A stretch of DNA of 64,000 bases, from contig JALWXN010000004.1 of NCBI GenBank assembly GCA_027078545.1, forward strand, positions 864,001 to 928,000, in the 5' to 3' direction. The DNA comes from Nitrososphaeria archaeon (GTDB lineage Archaea; Thermoproteota; Nitrososphaeria; Geothermarchaeales; JDFR-13). Shown here one piece after another: positions 17,425 to 27,463 of this stretch. The first letter of the stretch is position 1, and each line of letters begins with the position of its first letter. The notes under the pieces were generated by a model. That model was not told where the DNA came from and did no database searches. It worked only from the letters and a program-made list of their open reading frames with translations. The position numbers and the translations under genes were made by a program.

Positions 17425-20400
17425 CTACCTCCTCATCCTCCTAAGCAGTATGAGGAGGCCTACGGCCACGAGGGCTATGGCTATGATGTAAACCATGAGT
17501 GTAAGGTTGTTCTGACCCTCGATGGTGACCTCCTCCGATAGGAAACCGTCTACACTGACCTGTAGAGTCTCGCTGTATGACACTGATACAGTGGGTATGG
17601 TCACCCTGTAGACACCTCCCTCAACGATGGCGCCATCGACGCTTAGGGACTCGACCGGCTCTCCAAGGACGCGGTAGCTAGCCCTTATCTCATAGGTAAC
17701 GCTGAAGAGATCCTCAGAGACCTTCACAACCTCGAGGTCGACAGTGTCGAAGACAACCTCTATAGGCTCCGATACATAGGCATCTACGTTGTAGACGTTA
17801 TCAGCTATGCTGGTGACGCTGTAGGACACCCTTCCAGGCGTGGCCGTATCGCCGTCAGGCTCTATAACAACCTCGCCGTTGAAGCTCCTACCATCACTCT
17901 CATAGTATGCCGTGTAGCTTATCCCTGGATCACCCCCGACTGGTAGGTGGGTCTCCTCCGCACTCAGCTCCACGACCACCCTGTCGAAGACGATGGTTAT
18001 CGGGGTGCCGTCGACCGTGGCGGTCAGGCCTGGCGTGAAGACTAGTAGGCCAGAGTCGTCCCTAACCATTGATACACTGATCGATACTAAACCTATATCA
18101 TCCATCGAGACCTGGTAGACCGCCCTATATACCCCATCCTCCATAGCCAGTGCCAGCTCCACATCCTCCCCATCAACGTCTAGGATTATGACCGGGTTCT
18201 CCCCCAGCATCCCCATGGGCTCCGAGACCACTACCACCTCGATCGTCACAGTCTCCCCTACAGAGACCCTAGCCTCGCCATCCACCACCCTGAGCCAGTC
18301 AGGAGTGTTGACCTCTATAGAGACGCCTATGAAGACTATAGATATCGGCTCTGGAAGTGCTACTTCCTCGATGTCTATGTATGGATTCAGTATCTCCACG
18401 TCATCCACCGAGATAGATACCTCGCCTGGGGAGCTGCTCGAGATGTTGAGCATGACAACTCCGTCCTGAGCCTCGTACCACTCGCCGTTAACCATGATCC
18501 TTGCAGGGCCTATCGGCGACATGTTGCTGGCCAGCCTGAGAGCCACCTCCACCACTACAGTGTCGCCCACAGCCGCCCTGTCCTGCGAAGCCTCCATAGT
18601 TACAGTCAATCCAGTGTAGAGTATCCTCCTAGTTATCTTTATAGGCTCGGTGAAGGATGATGGCCCAGTATACACATCTACCCTGGTGCCATTGGTGATC
18701 AGTAGGATGTCCGAGTCCAAGACCCACTCACCACTACTCATTTCCATGGGGAGTGTCAGTAGGTCGAACCCGGCTATGCTTACAGTGACTCCGAAGCCCT
18801 CAACCGGTGTGGCGTAGACCAGCCTCGGATCCTTACCCTCATCCATGATTACGGGCCTGACATCCACCTCCAGGCCAGTAGCCAACGGATCCTCAAGGGA
18901 GAGCACCACCACGTCCTCATAGCTAGACTCATGGATGTTTCCATAGGAGTCCTCGGCAATGATCGATATGGATAGGCTGTCACCCATCACGGGTATCTCC
19001 ACCCTGTGTAGAAGCGCCAAGCCTGGGGGTGAGAAGAGTGTCCTGTCCACACCCACCTGCTCTATCTGCGCCCTCCTCGGGGTGGAGCCGTCCCAGCTAT
19101 ACAGGAACTCTAGGTTCTCCAGCCGGGAGGCCTCTGAGACCGTGAAGAGGATCTCGACCTTGTCGTCCAGGACCTCACTCTCCATCCTCAGTATGATGGG
19201 TGGCTCACGGTCAATCTCACCGGTCTTGAATACTGAGCGTCCCTCGATCTTTGTGAAGAGTAGATACTCATCATTCACCATCTCATACTCAACCTCATAG
19301 ATCGGCCCTGTCCTCAGGTTCCTGAAGCTAAGCAGTGGTATCCCGGAGTCCTTACCCCTCTCCAATACCTCGCCATCAGCCTTGAGTACATACTGAACGT
19401 CATAGTCGCCTGCTATGACGAAGGGGGTATAGCTAGACATCACGTATATGGAGAGGTTAGTCCTAAGCGTGAAGTCCGGCATTATAAGGGTACGCTCCCT
19501 ATTATAGACGAAGTATGGAGTCCTGCCAGGCTTAAACACCTTGTTAGCCGTCTCCTGGAAGAGGACGTCGAGACTAGTTATCCTAAAGTCCTCCGAGACT
19601 GTGAGGAAGTATTTGAACTCAGTGTCGAAGGTCTCCACGTCAGCTGTGAACCTAACATTGTAAAGACCACCCTGGAACATGGGGGCCACTACTAGGAATG
19701 TGAACTGCTGGCCAGGCGGGAAGACGGCGAACCCACCAAACACCGACTCGTTAGCTCTCTGAAAGCCGGTGTCCAGCCTGTTCTGGAAGAATGTGGGCCT
19801 CGGCAGGGAAGAGACATAGTCGCTCAGCAGCCAGGACGCGGAGGCGTATGTTGTTGTGTATCTCAGCCTCTCCGTATAGTTCCAGTCCCCTAGGATTGGG
19901 GGCCTCCTGATATACTGGCCGTTGAAGAAGAACTCCCTAGGGAGGCTATAGCCGTAGTACATGTAGTAGTCAGCCGAGATGTTCCATAAGCCATAGAGGT
20001 AGAGGCTTAGAGGCTCATCCGAGGGGCTGTAAAACGTTATTATATGGCCCATGGGGACGTAGGACGTCCCAATACCCTGCGGCTGTAGACTGGTGGTTGG
20101 ATACTCCTCCACATCCACTGTCAGGGTTATGTCATTATCAACCGTGATGTTCTCGGAGTAGACGAATATTGGCCCCTCGATCAGGTCTTCAGACATGAAT
20201 GTATTGGCTGAGACGCCTACGAAGGTATAATCGCCTGGTGGAAGGTCGAACCATAACACGTAGCTAGTCCCCTCGTCATCTATGGAGCCGCCAGTCGGGA
20301 GTAGCCAGTCCTTATCCACAGGGTTGTAGGTAGCAAATAACGTGAAGAATACCTCTCCATTAAGCGTCGAGTTTAGGGTTACCTTGTAGAGCCAGTAGAC

Positions 20401-22104
20401 GCTGAACATTATCTGGTATCTCTCACCAAGGTCGTCACGAAGCTTGATGATACCCATGTAGACGTCTGGAGGGACAGTGTCGGAGATGAACACCTCTATG
20501 GTTCCATGGGTCTCATTGTCCTGTACGTAGAAGGCCGTCACCATCTGTATATCGGGGCCAGTACCATACAGCCTGGCCCAGTCAACACCGAGGACCTGTA
20601 GCCTAGACGCGTCACCAAGCGTATAGACGGTGATGTTTAGATGCCTTATACCCGTCCTTGCATTGACCGATATGCTGGGCATCGTGATTATGAACGAGGC
20701 ATTTATAGCATCAACAGCGTCTACAAGGCCGGCTCCATAGGAAAAGACGTCCGGCTCAATAGGGTCAGCAGTCGTAACTATAAGACTCTTGATCTCGAGT
20801 GGGGATAGGTTTGGCCTTGCCTGCTTAATAAGGGCCACTACCCCCGCCACGTGGGGTGTAGCCATGCTCGTCCCACTGAGGGCTATGTAGCTACCCCCGT
20901 CACCCTGTATGGCAGAGTCGCCAGCCATCTCCTCTAGGAGGCTTCCCTTGGCTAGTGGTGCTATGATATTGACCCCTGGGGCCAGGACATCGGGCTTTAC
21001 ACGTAGATCTCCAGTGGGTCCACGGCTACTGAAGTCCACCAATGTACCGTTCTTGAAGGTGGCTCCAACCGTAATCGCCTTCCTGGCGACGGCGGGGCTC
21101 CCTAGGGATGAGTATGAAGGCCCATCGTTACCAGCGGCAACCACCACCACTACACCGTTGTCTACAGCCCAGTCAACAGCCATGCTTAGAGGGTCTGTAC
21201 CGTCGCCGTTGAGGCCACCGCCTAGGCTCATGTTTATCACGTCGGCCCCGTTCTCCACAGCCTCCTCTATACCAGCTATGATCCAGCTCACCAGGCCGAA
21301 GCCCTCACTAGATATCACCTTGATATTCATTAGCAGGGCGCCTGGAGCCACACCAGTGAATTCACCATCACTGGCAGCCCCTGTACCAGCAGCTATACCA
21401 GCCACGTGTGTACCATGCCCATGTAGATCCTCAGGCCCCTCCTCAGGCACCATCGAAACGCTATAGACTATCTTCGATGTGCCATTGGGGAAGAAGAAGT
21501 CTGGATGGGTGGGGTCTATACCCGTGTCTAGGATGGCTATCTTCACCCCGCTCCCATCTATATTGATGCCCAGCCTATTAGAGATCGTCTCGAGCCTATC
21601 CCTATCCACAATCAGGCCCACACTCTCATTCAGGCTTATCCTGATCTTGATGTCCGGAGCGAGACTCGCACTGTCTACACGGCTGACAAGCTGTGGAGCC
21701 CTTGACAAGGGTATCTCTAGCGCTATGAGGGGTAGCTTTCTATATACATAGGTGACCTCACCATCCATCCTCTCGACGAGCCTGATCAGCGAGACCTTCT
21801 CCAGGGGGTCTTGATACCTAGCTATAAACCTGAGCTCTATACGGTCCAGGGCCTCTGGGCCGAGGCTATAGATCCTCCTCCCATCCACATCGAGGCCATC
21901 AATATCCGATAATGGGTAGAGAAGCGTCGGCGTTAGCATCAGGTATGGCTCGCCACCTACACCTATGACGGCCAGGTTCCTACCACTATCCGTGACCAGG
22001 ATCCCTATACTGCTGTATCCACCCTGGCTCACCGAGGATCCAATAACGAGGACTAGGAGTGCCACTAGGAGGACTGGTCTCGACTCTCCCTTAGGAATAG
22101 CCAT
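17425..22104 (-). CDS. Large membrane-anchored subtilisin-like (S8) serine protease
   Basis: Signal peptide and prodomain; catalytic triad ILDTG, HGTHVAG, GTSMATPHVAG; oxyanion AAGNDG; long beta-rich stalk; C-terminal TM plus RRMRR. Confidence 0.93.
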   Translation of the reverse strand: MAIPKGESRPVLLVALLVLVIGSSVSQGGYSSIGILVTDSGRNLAVIGVGGEPYLMLTPTLLYPLSDIDGLDVDGRRIYSLGPEALDRIELRFIARYQDPLEKVSLIRLVERMDGEVTYVYRKLPLIALEIPLSRAPQLVSRVDSASLAPDIKIRISLNESVGLIVDRDRLETISNRLGINIDGSGVKIAILDTGIDPTHPDFFFPNGTSKIVYSVSMVPEEGPEDLHGHGTHVAGIAAGTGAASDGEFTGVAPGALLMNIKVISSEGFGLVSWIIAGIEEAVENGADVINMSLGGGLNGDGTDPLSMAVDWAVDNGVVVVVAAGNDGPSYSSLGSPAVARKAITVGATFKNGTLVDFSSRGPTGDLRVKPDVLAPGVNIIAPLAKGSLLEEMAGDSAIQGDGGSYIALSGTSMATPHVAGVVALIKQARPNLSPLEIKSLIVTTADPIEPDVFSYGAGLVDAVDAINASFIITMPSISVNARTGIRHLNITVYTLGDASRLQVLGVDWARLYGTGPDIQMVTAFYVQDNETHGTIEVFISDTVPPDVYMGIIKLRDDLGERYQIMFSVYWLYKVTLNSTLNGEVFFTLFATYNPVDKDWLLPTGGSIDDEGTSYVLWFDLPPGDYTFVGVSANTFMSEDLIEGPIFVYSENITVDNDITLTVDVEEYPTTSLQPQGIGTSYVPMGHIITFYSPSDEPLSLYLYGLWNISADYYMYYGYSLPREFFFNGQYIRRPPILGDWNYTERLRYTTTYASASWLLSDYVSSLPRPTFFQNRLDTGFQRANESVFGGFAVFPPGQQFTFLVVAPMFQGGLYNVRFTADVETFDTEFKYFLTVSEDFRITSLDVLFQETANKVFKPGRTPYFVYNRERTLIMPDFTLRTNLSIYVMSSYTPFVIAGDYDVQYVLKADGEVLERGKDSGIPLLSFRNLRTGPIYEVEYEMVNDEYLLFTKIEGRSVFKTGEIDREPPIILRMESEVLDDKVEILFTVSEASRLENLEFLYSWDGSTPRRAQIEQVGVDRTLFSPPGLALLHRVEIPVMGDSLSISIIAEDSYGNIHESSYEDVVVLSLEDPLATGLEVDVRPVIMDEGKDPRLVYATPVEGFGVTVSIAGFDLLTLPMEMSSGEWVLDSDILLITNGTRVDVYTGPSSFTEPIKITRRILYTGLTVTMEASQDRAAVGDTVVVEVALRLASNMSPIGPARIMVNGEWYEAQDGVVMLNISSSSPGEVSISVDDVEILNPYIDIEEVALPEPISIVFIGVSIEVNTPDWLRVVDGEARVSVGETVTIEVVVVSEPMGMLGENPVIILDVDGEDVELALAMEDGVYRAVYQVSMDDIGLVSISVSMVRDDSGLLVFTPGLTATVDGTPITIVFDRVVVELSAEETHLPVGGDPGISYTAYYESDGRSFNGEVVIEPDGDTATPGRVSYSVTSIADNVYNVDAYVSEPIEVVFDTVDLEVVKVSEDLFSVTYEIRASYRVLGEPVESLSVDGAIVEGGVYRVTIPTVSVSYSETLQVSVDGFLSEEVTIEGQNNLTLMVYIIAIALVAVGLLILLRRMRR

Positions 22105-22180
22105 ATCTTCACCTCTTGTATAAGGATAATTAAATAGGTATTTCGGGGGCCACCCCTATAAAACCATTGGTCGGGGTGGA

Positions 22181-22909
22181 CTACCTAGTTATACCGAGGT
22201 AGAGCCTAGAGAACTCGGGGTGCTCCAGGAGCTCCTTCGGGTCTCCACTATACCTTATCTCGCCACTTACGAGTAGGTAGGCATAGTCGCCTATCTCGAG
22301 TGCCTGCTTAGCGTTCTGCTCCACAAGGAGTATGGTCAGGCCAAGCTCATCCCTAAGCTCCACAACCTTCCTCATCATCATCTTGACTAGTAGGGGCGCC
22401 AGGTCGGTGGACATCTCGTCCAGCATGAGTAGCTTAGGCCTCCTCATAAGGGCCATAGCGATGGCAAGCATTCTACGCTCACCACCGCTGAGCGTGCCGG
22501 CCTTCCTATCCATGAATTCCCTAAGCCTTGGGAAGAGCTGGACAACCTCTTCTATCCTACTATCCACCTCATCCTTTGGAAGAAGGTATCCACCGAGGAC
22601 AAGGTTATCCCGCACCGTTAGGCTTGCAACCACATTCTTCATCTGGAGTAGGTATGAGATCCCCATCTGGGCTATCTTGTGTGGAGGGACACCGACTATC
22701 TCCTGCCCGTTAAATTTTATCGAGCCTTTATAGATCGTTGTGAGCCCAGCTATACTGTTGAGGAGAGTCGTCTTACCAGCCCCGTTGGGGCCGACCACCA
22801 CCGTTATACTCCCCTCCTCAACCTCCATGTTGACGTCGAAGAGGACCTTGAGCGGACCATACCCAGCCGATAGATCTTTGACGATAAGTGTCTTGGGCAT
22901 ACCCATCAC
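22181..22909 (-). CDS. livF: Branched-chain amino acid ABC transporter ATP-binding protein
   Basis: GPNGAGKT, AGTLSGGERRMLA, LMLDE, LLVEQN. Confidence 0.9.
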   Translation of the reverse strand: MMGMPKTLIVKDLSAGYGPLKVLFDVNMEVEEGSITVVVGPNGAGKTTLLNSIAGLTTIYKGSIKFNGQEIVGVPPHKIAQMGISYLLQMKNVVASLTVRDNLVLGGYLLPKDEVDSRIEEVVQLFPRLREFMDRKAGTLSGGERRMLAIAMALMRRPKLLMLDEMSTDLAPLLVKMMMRKVVELRDELGLTILLVEQNAKQALEIGDYAYLLVSGEIRYSGDPKELLEHPEFSRLYLGITR

Positions 22910-23700
22910 TCCCCGATATAGACCTCTATGACCTTCGGGTTGTTGGCCACCTCGTCGGGCAGTCCCTCGGCAATAACGGTTCCACGGTCCATGACGTAGA
23001 CATAGTCTGCGAATGGGAGGGCTATATCGATCCTATGCTCTATGAGGAGGAAGGAGACGTCCCACTTCTGTAGGAGGCCCCTGATGTAGGAGAGTATCTC
23101 ATTTGCATACTTCGGGTCGGTACCGCCTATAGGCTCGTCCAGAGCTATCAGCTTCGCATTGGTAGCTAATGCCCTAGCCACTTCCAACATCTTTAGCTGA
23201 CCAGCGCCCAGGGAGGATGCTGGCATATCCCACTTCTCCTCTAGGCCGACGCTCCTAAGTATCTCGAAGGCCCTCTTTACATTCGCCTCCTCCTCATTTA
23301 TCCATAAAGGCCTGATCGGAGCCTTCAGGGGGTTCTCACCACTATTCTTGAGCGCAACCAAGACGTTGTCCAGGACGGTCAGCCCTATGAAGGGCTCCGG
23401 GATCTGGAAGGTTCTCACAAAACCCACCCTATATACCTCGTGGGGCTTCCACCCTGTGATATCAATCCCGTTATAGAATATCCTTCCACCATCAGGCTTC
23501 AATACACCTGTACATACATTTACGAATGTAGATTTACCCGCCCCATTAGGACCCATCAACATGGTTATCTTGTTCCTAGCCACCTTCATAGACACATTGT
23601 TAACTGCTACGAGGCCGCCAAACCTCTTAACCACGTTAAACGTCTCCAGAATATACCTATTAGGATCAAGTGTATAGGTCTCAGCAGTATCCTGCAGCAT
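22906..23700 (-). CDS. livG: Branched-chain amino acid ABC transporter ATP-binding protein
   Basis: FGGLVAVNNVS, GPNGAGKST, VRTFQIP, LDEP, LIEH, VIEVYIG. Confidence 0.9.
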   Translation of the reverse strand: MLQDTAETYTLDPNRYILETFNVVKRFGGLVAVNNVSMKVARNKITMLMGPNGAGKSTFVNVCTGVLKPDGGRIFYNGIDITGWKPHEVYRVGFVRTFQIPEPFIGLTVLDNVLVALKNSGENPLKAPIRPLWINEEEANVKRAFEILRSVGLEEKWDMPASSLGAGQLKMLEVARALATNAKLIALDEPIGGTDPKYANEILSYIRGLLQKWDVSFLLIEHRIDIALPFADYVYVMDRGTVIAEGLPDEVANNPKVIEVYIGE

Positions 23701-23799
23701 AAATAAGAAATTCGGGTCTAGACGGTTAAAAAGGTATTCAGAGCAGTAGAGAACTAGGGAAGGATTACTATAGACCTAGGAATAGATGGCTAATTAAAT

Positions 23800-23826
23800 A
23801 AAAAGTGAATGTTTAGGGTTAGGCGG
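23800..23826 (-). terminator. Putative oligo-T terminator after the binding-protein gene
   Basis: Minus strand CCGCCTAACCCTAAACATTCACTTTTT. Confidence 0.45.
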
Positions 23827-23827
23827 T

Positions 23828-25144
23828 CTAAGACCTTGCCAGCCACCAGTCCTCCCAGACGATCTGACCTGTTGTGAATAGCCACTTACCAGCTCTCTTC
23901 CAAGTGGCCTGACCATCCTCAATCACTGGCACGTATATGTCGTAGTCGGCGTTGGCCCTATCACCATTCTCGTCTAGCTGGAAGACACCAGATGCGCCGA
24001 CCATCCTCTCGACAGTCATTGGGAGGATCTCCTTCACCTTCTCAGGATCAGCATCCTGGACATACTGGATTGAGAGTGCAATTGCCCATAGAGCGTCGTA
24101 TGAGGCGAAAGCGTAGGCGTCTGGAGTCCTACCCAGCTCCTGCTCAATATAGTTCCTTAGCTTCTCGTTGAAGGGAGACTCACCAGGTGCGAATATCGGG
24201 TTGAGGAACTCTACCGAGGCTGCAAACTCTGCTACTGTGGCGTCAGCCACTATATCTCCCAGTAGGGCAGAACCATCGCTACCAATCCACTTTACCTGTG
24301 AAAGGACGTCATAGCCAGAAGCGGCTGAGAAGACTGCCGCAACCTCCCTGAAACCTAGAAGTGCTACTCCTACCTTGTCAGCACCGAACTGGTTTACTAG
24401 CTGGGACACAGTGTCAGCCAGTGTGGCGACCTCAGATGTGAACTCCTCCTGGTCAGGGTTGTACCTTGGACCCTCGTGTACCATGATGCCCTTCTCCTGA
24501 GCACTCTCAGCCATGGACTCCTTTAGACCGTCACCCCAAGTGTCGCCACGCCACATGATGACCAGGTGCTCGATGCCCTGCTCAAATGCTATCTGAGCGG
24601 CTGCTGGACCCTGAAGAAGATCTGTTGGACAGAACCTGAATATGTAGTCATTCGGGATTGCCAGTGCTGGAGAGGTGGATGACGGTGATATTACCAGGAT
24701 CTTGTTGTTAGTGGCGAACTCCCTGATCTCCTTCACCTCACCGCTGGACATCGGTCCTATGACGAACTTGATACCCTGGGCGTTGAACGTCTGTATCTTG
24801 GATAGGGCTATGTCAGGCTTGACCTGTGTATCCTCCACCCTAACCTCAATCTGCCAGTCCTCACCAATGGCCTCCAGCCAGTCATTGATCTCCTCCTGTG
24901 CAAGCTCGAGGGCCTTCTGGCTATTCTCACCATATGTAGCTAGGCCGCCGCTGAGGTCTAGGAGGGCGCCCACAGTAACTGTGCCGGATACACCTACTGC
25001 TGGTGGCTGCTCACCAGGTGCCTCAGCAGGGGCCTCCTCAGCGGCTGGTGGCTGCATAGCTAGTCCGAAGGCATAGCCAAGGATGATGCCAACCACAAGG
25101 GCGACGATGATCAGCGTATAGGCTCTATTAGCGGGCATTGACAT
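23828..25144 (-). CDS. Branched-chain amino acid ABC transporter substrate-binding protein (LivJ/K type), N-terminally anchored
   Basis: VGALLDLSG, VIGPMSSG, ISPSSTSP, IFRFCPTD, YDALW, DENGDR. Confidence 0.9.
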   Translation of the reverse strand: MSMPANRAYTLIIVALVVGIILGYAFGLAMQPPAAEEAPAEAPGEQPPAVGVSGTVTVGALLDLSGGLATYGENSQKALELAQEEINDWLEAIGEDWQIEVRVEDTQVKPDIALSKIQTFNAQGIKFVIGPMSSGEVKEIREFATNNKILVISPSSTSPALAIPNDYIFRFCPTDLLQGPAAAQIAFEQGIEHLVIMWRGDTWGDGLKESMAESAQEKGIMVHEGPRYNPDQEEFTSEVATLADTVSQLVNQFGADKVGVALLGFREVAAVFSAASGYDVLSQVKWIGSDGSALLGDIVADATVAEFAASVEFLNPIFAPGESPFNEKLRNYIEQELGRTPDAYAFASYDALWAIALSIQYVQDADPEKVKEILPMTVERMVGASGVFQLDENGDRANADYDIYVPVIEDGQATWKRAGKWLFTTGQIVWEDWWLARS

Positions 25145-25300
25145 ACACGCTACACCCCCTTAAATAGGGCTTAATATTAATGTAGCCCCCTCGATTTATA
25201 AAGAAAAATTCGTTGAAGCCTTCCCCGGGGAGAGTCCAATATATATCCCGACCGTCTTTATTCTCTATTCTAAAATACAGCATTTACACGGTGAGGCGCA

Positions 25301-26239
25301 GTGTTAGAGGTTATACTCACGGCCCTCGTCATCTCTGCAGGGATAGCCCTAGCAGCTGCGGGGATCACGATCATATACATGTCGACCGAGACCTTCAACT
25401 TCGCCCACGCCTCATTCACCACGATAGGTTTCTTCGTCGTCTACAACATGCTACTAGTCTTTGGAGGCTCGCCCTACTACTACTTCGTCTTCGCAGCCAT
25501 CTTCACAGGCCTCGTAGGTGTGGCGGTATACCTAACCGTTAATAGGTGGCTCATCAAGCGTGGAGCCGACATGGTAACCCTTATGATGTCTACCCTAGGT
25601 GTGGACCTCATACTCTTTGGACTGATAAACCAGTGGGCAGACATAATCAGGGACACAATACCAGGCTCATCCCCAAGGAACTTCCTACTCAGAACCATCG
25701 ACTACCCTATCGCTGAGGTAGCAGGCACGACGATCTATGCAAGAGTACCGATATCCATAGCCATAGTAATTCTGATCATCATAGGGCTACACACATTCCT
25801 CACTAAGACAAAGTTCGGGATAGCTATGAGGACAACCATTGAGAACCCGACCCTCGCTAGGATTATGGGCGTCAACACCGAGATGGTATATCTAACCGCC
25901 TGGTTCCTAGGAGGAGCCTTGGCAGGCCTAGGCGGGGCCGTTCTCGCAATGATAGAGACGGGCTCCCCACAGGTAGGTGTAAGGTATATTGTGCCACTCT
26001 TCGCAGGATCCATCGTCGGCGGGCTATACAGCGTCTTTGGGAGCCTCCTAGGCGGCTTCCTAATAGGTCTGAGCCAGCAGATAGGGATATACGTCCTCTC
26101 GCTATGGGTAGGGACATTCATCAATGCCTACAAGCCCGTGATACCACTCGTCATCATGGTCGTGGCCCTCCTATTCTTCCCTGAGGGCCTAGGCGCACTG
26201 GCTGAGAAATATCTAGCCAGGAGGGGGGTGAAGAAGTAG
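25301..26239 (+). CDS. livH: Branched-chain amino acid ABC transporter permease
   Basis: FNFAHA, TKFGIAMR..ENP.LARIMGVN, GGLYSVFGSLLGG, FPEGL. Confidence 0.88.
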   Translation: MLEVILTALVISAGIALAAAGITIIYMSTETFNFAHASFTTIGFFVVYNMLLVFGGSPYYYFVFAAIFTGLVGVAVYLTVNRWLIKRGADMVTLMMSTLGVDLILFGLINQWADIIRDTIPGSSPRNFLLRTIDYPIAEVAGTTIYARVPISIAIVILIIIGLHTFLTKTKFGIAMRTTIENPTLARIMGVNTEMVYLTAWFLGGALAGLGGAVLAMIETGSPQVGVRYIVPLFAGSIVGGLYSVFGSLLGGFLIGLSQQIGIYVLSLWVGTFINAYKPVIPLVIMVVALLFFPEGLGALAEKYLARRGVKK

Positions 26240-27324
26240 TGGCGATAGTAATACCTCCATTCCTAATAGAGATACTACTGACCTTCGGAATATTCCTCAT
26301 AATAACGGTGAGCCTAAACTTCGAGGTTGGATACGCCGGGATACCCCAGTTCGGCCGCGTACTTACAGTTCTGGTAGGGGCGATAGTAGCGGCAGCCATA
26401 CCGGGTAGGCTCCTAGTACTTATGGCCGGGATAACAGTCGAGTTCCGTGGCGAGGAGATAGTCCCCTACGGCGCCGAGTACGCCAACCACCTCGTGAACT
26501 TCAGGCTGGTTGATCAGATAAACACCCAGATACTAGGGGTCAACCCAGGCCTATCCATAGTCATGTTCATAGTCACATTGATACTCGCAGCTATATTCGG
26601 GGCTATAATCGGGTATCTCACCAGCTACCCCGCCCTTAGGCTTAGGGAGGCATACCTAGGCATCACCCTACTAGCATTTGGAGACGCCCTACAGCTCATA
26701 GCCCTCAACTACGACCCACTAGTAGGGGCTACACAGGGAGTATTCGTACCAAACTTCTTCCTATGGGTAGGGCCTACACAGACCAGTGCGAAGATAATAG
26801 CCATACTCATAGTAGCGGCATTGATATATGTCCTTGTATACTTCTGGGTCAACAGCCCCTTCGGTAGATCCCTCAAGGCTATGAGGGATAGTGAGCAGGC
26901 GGCAGAGGTATATGGTAAGAACGTGCCACGGCTCAGGGGATACACGCTTATGATTGGTGGTGCATTAGCGGCAATCGGTGGTGCCCTATGGGTGATATAC
27001 ACTGGCTCGATGGATGCGAGGACATTCAACAGGCTCACATGGACCTTCTGGCCCTGGGCCTTCATGATGCTTGGAGGGACCGGTAGCCACAAGGGTATGC
27101 TGGTCGGCGTCTTCTTCTTCGCACTCTTCCGCTACCTCATATTCGCCTATAAAGGAGTCCTAGAGCCCTTCATACCCATCAGTATCCAGTGGCTAGAATA
27201 CATATTGATAGGCCTGATAATAGTCCTGGTATCAATGTTTAGGCCACAGGGACTCCTACCGGAGAAGCCGAGGACACTCCTACCTAAGGAGAGGGTGGAG
27301 GAGCTGGCAAAGCCCTCCGCCTAA
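26239..27324 (+). CDS. livM: Branched-chain amino acid ABC transporter permease
   Basis: SLNFEVGYAG, PALRLREAYLGITLLAF, SPFGRSLKAMRDSE, MMLGGTG, FRPQGL. Confidence 0.88.
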   Translation: MAIVIPPFLIEILLTFGIFLIITVSLNFEVGYAGIPQFGRVLTVLVGAIVAAAIPGRLLVLMAGITVEFRGEEIVPYGAEYANHLVNFRLVDQINTQILGVNPGLSIVMFIVTLILAAIFGAIIGYLTSYPALRLREAYLGITLLAFGDALQLIALNYDPLVGATQGVFVPNFFLWVGPTQTSAKIIAILIVAALIYVLVYFWVNSPFGRSLKAMRDSEQAAEVYGKNVPRLRGYTLMIGGALAAIGGALWVIYTGSMDARTFNRLTWTFWPWAFMMLGGTGSHKGMLVGVFFFALFRYLIFAYKGVLEPFIPISIQWLEYILIGLIIVLVSMFRPQGLLPEKPRTLLPKERVEELAKPSA

Positions 27325-27341
27325 CCCACACACCTATTTTT
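27325..27341 (+). terminator. Putative C-rich/oligo-T terminator
   Basis: CCCACACACCTATTTTT directly after the livM stop. Confidence 0.5.
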
Positions 27342-27354
27342 CACGGGTCTTCCT

Positions 27355-27425
27355 GGGATCAGCACTTAAAGGAGTCTTCATCACCCCTCCCATAGGGGCT
27401 CATATTCACCTCCCTCATCATCCCC
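27355..27425 (-). ncRNA. Box C/D 2'-O-methylation guide sRNA
   Basis: Minus strand GGG-ATGATGA (C)-GGGAGGTGAAT-ATGA (D')-GCCCCTATGGGAGGGG (hairpin)-TGATGA (C')-AGACTCCTTTAAGTG-CTGA (D)-TCCC, closed by a terminal stem. The D guide is complementary to the conserved archaeal 16S sequence ACUUAAAGGA. Confidence 0.85.
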
Positions 27426-27463
27426 AATATTTATTCAGGCCTCTATGGATATGAGGCTGGCCA

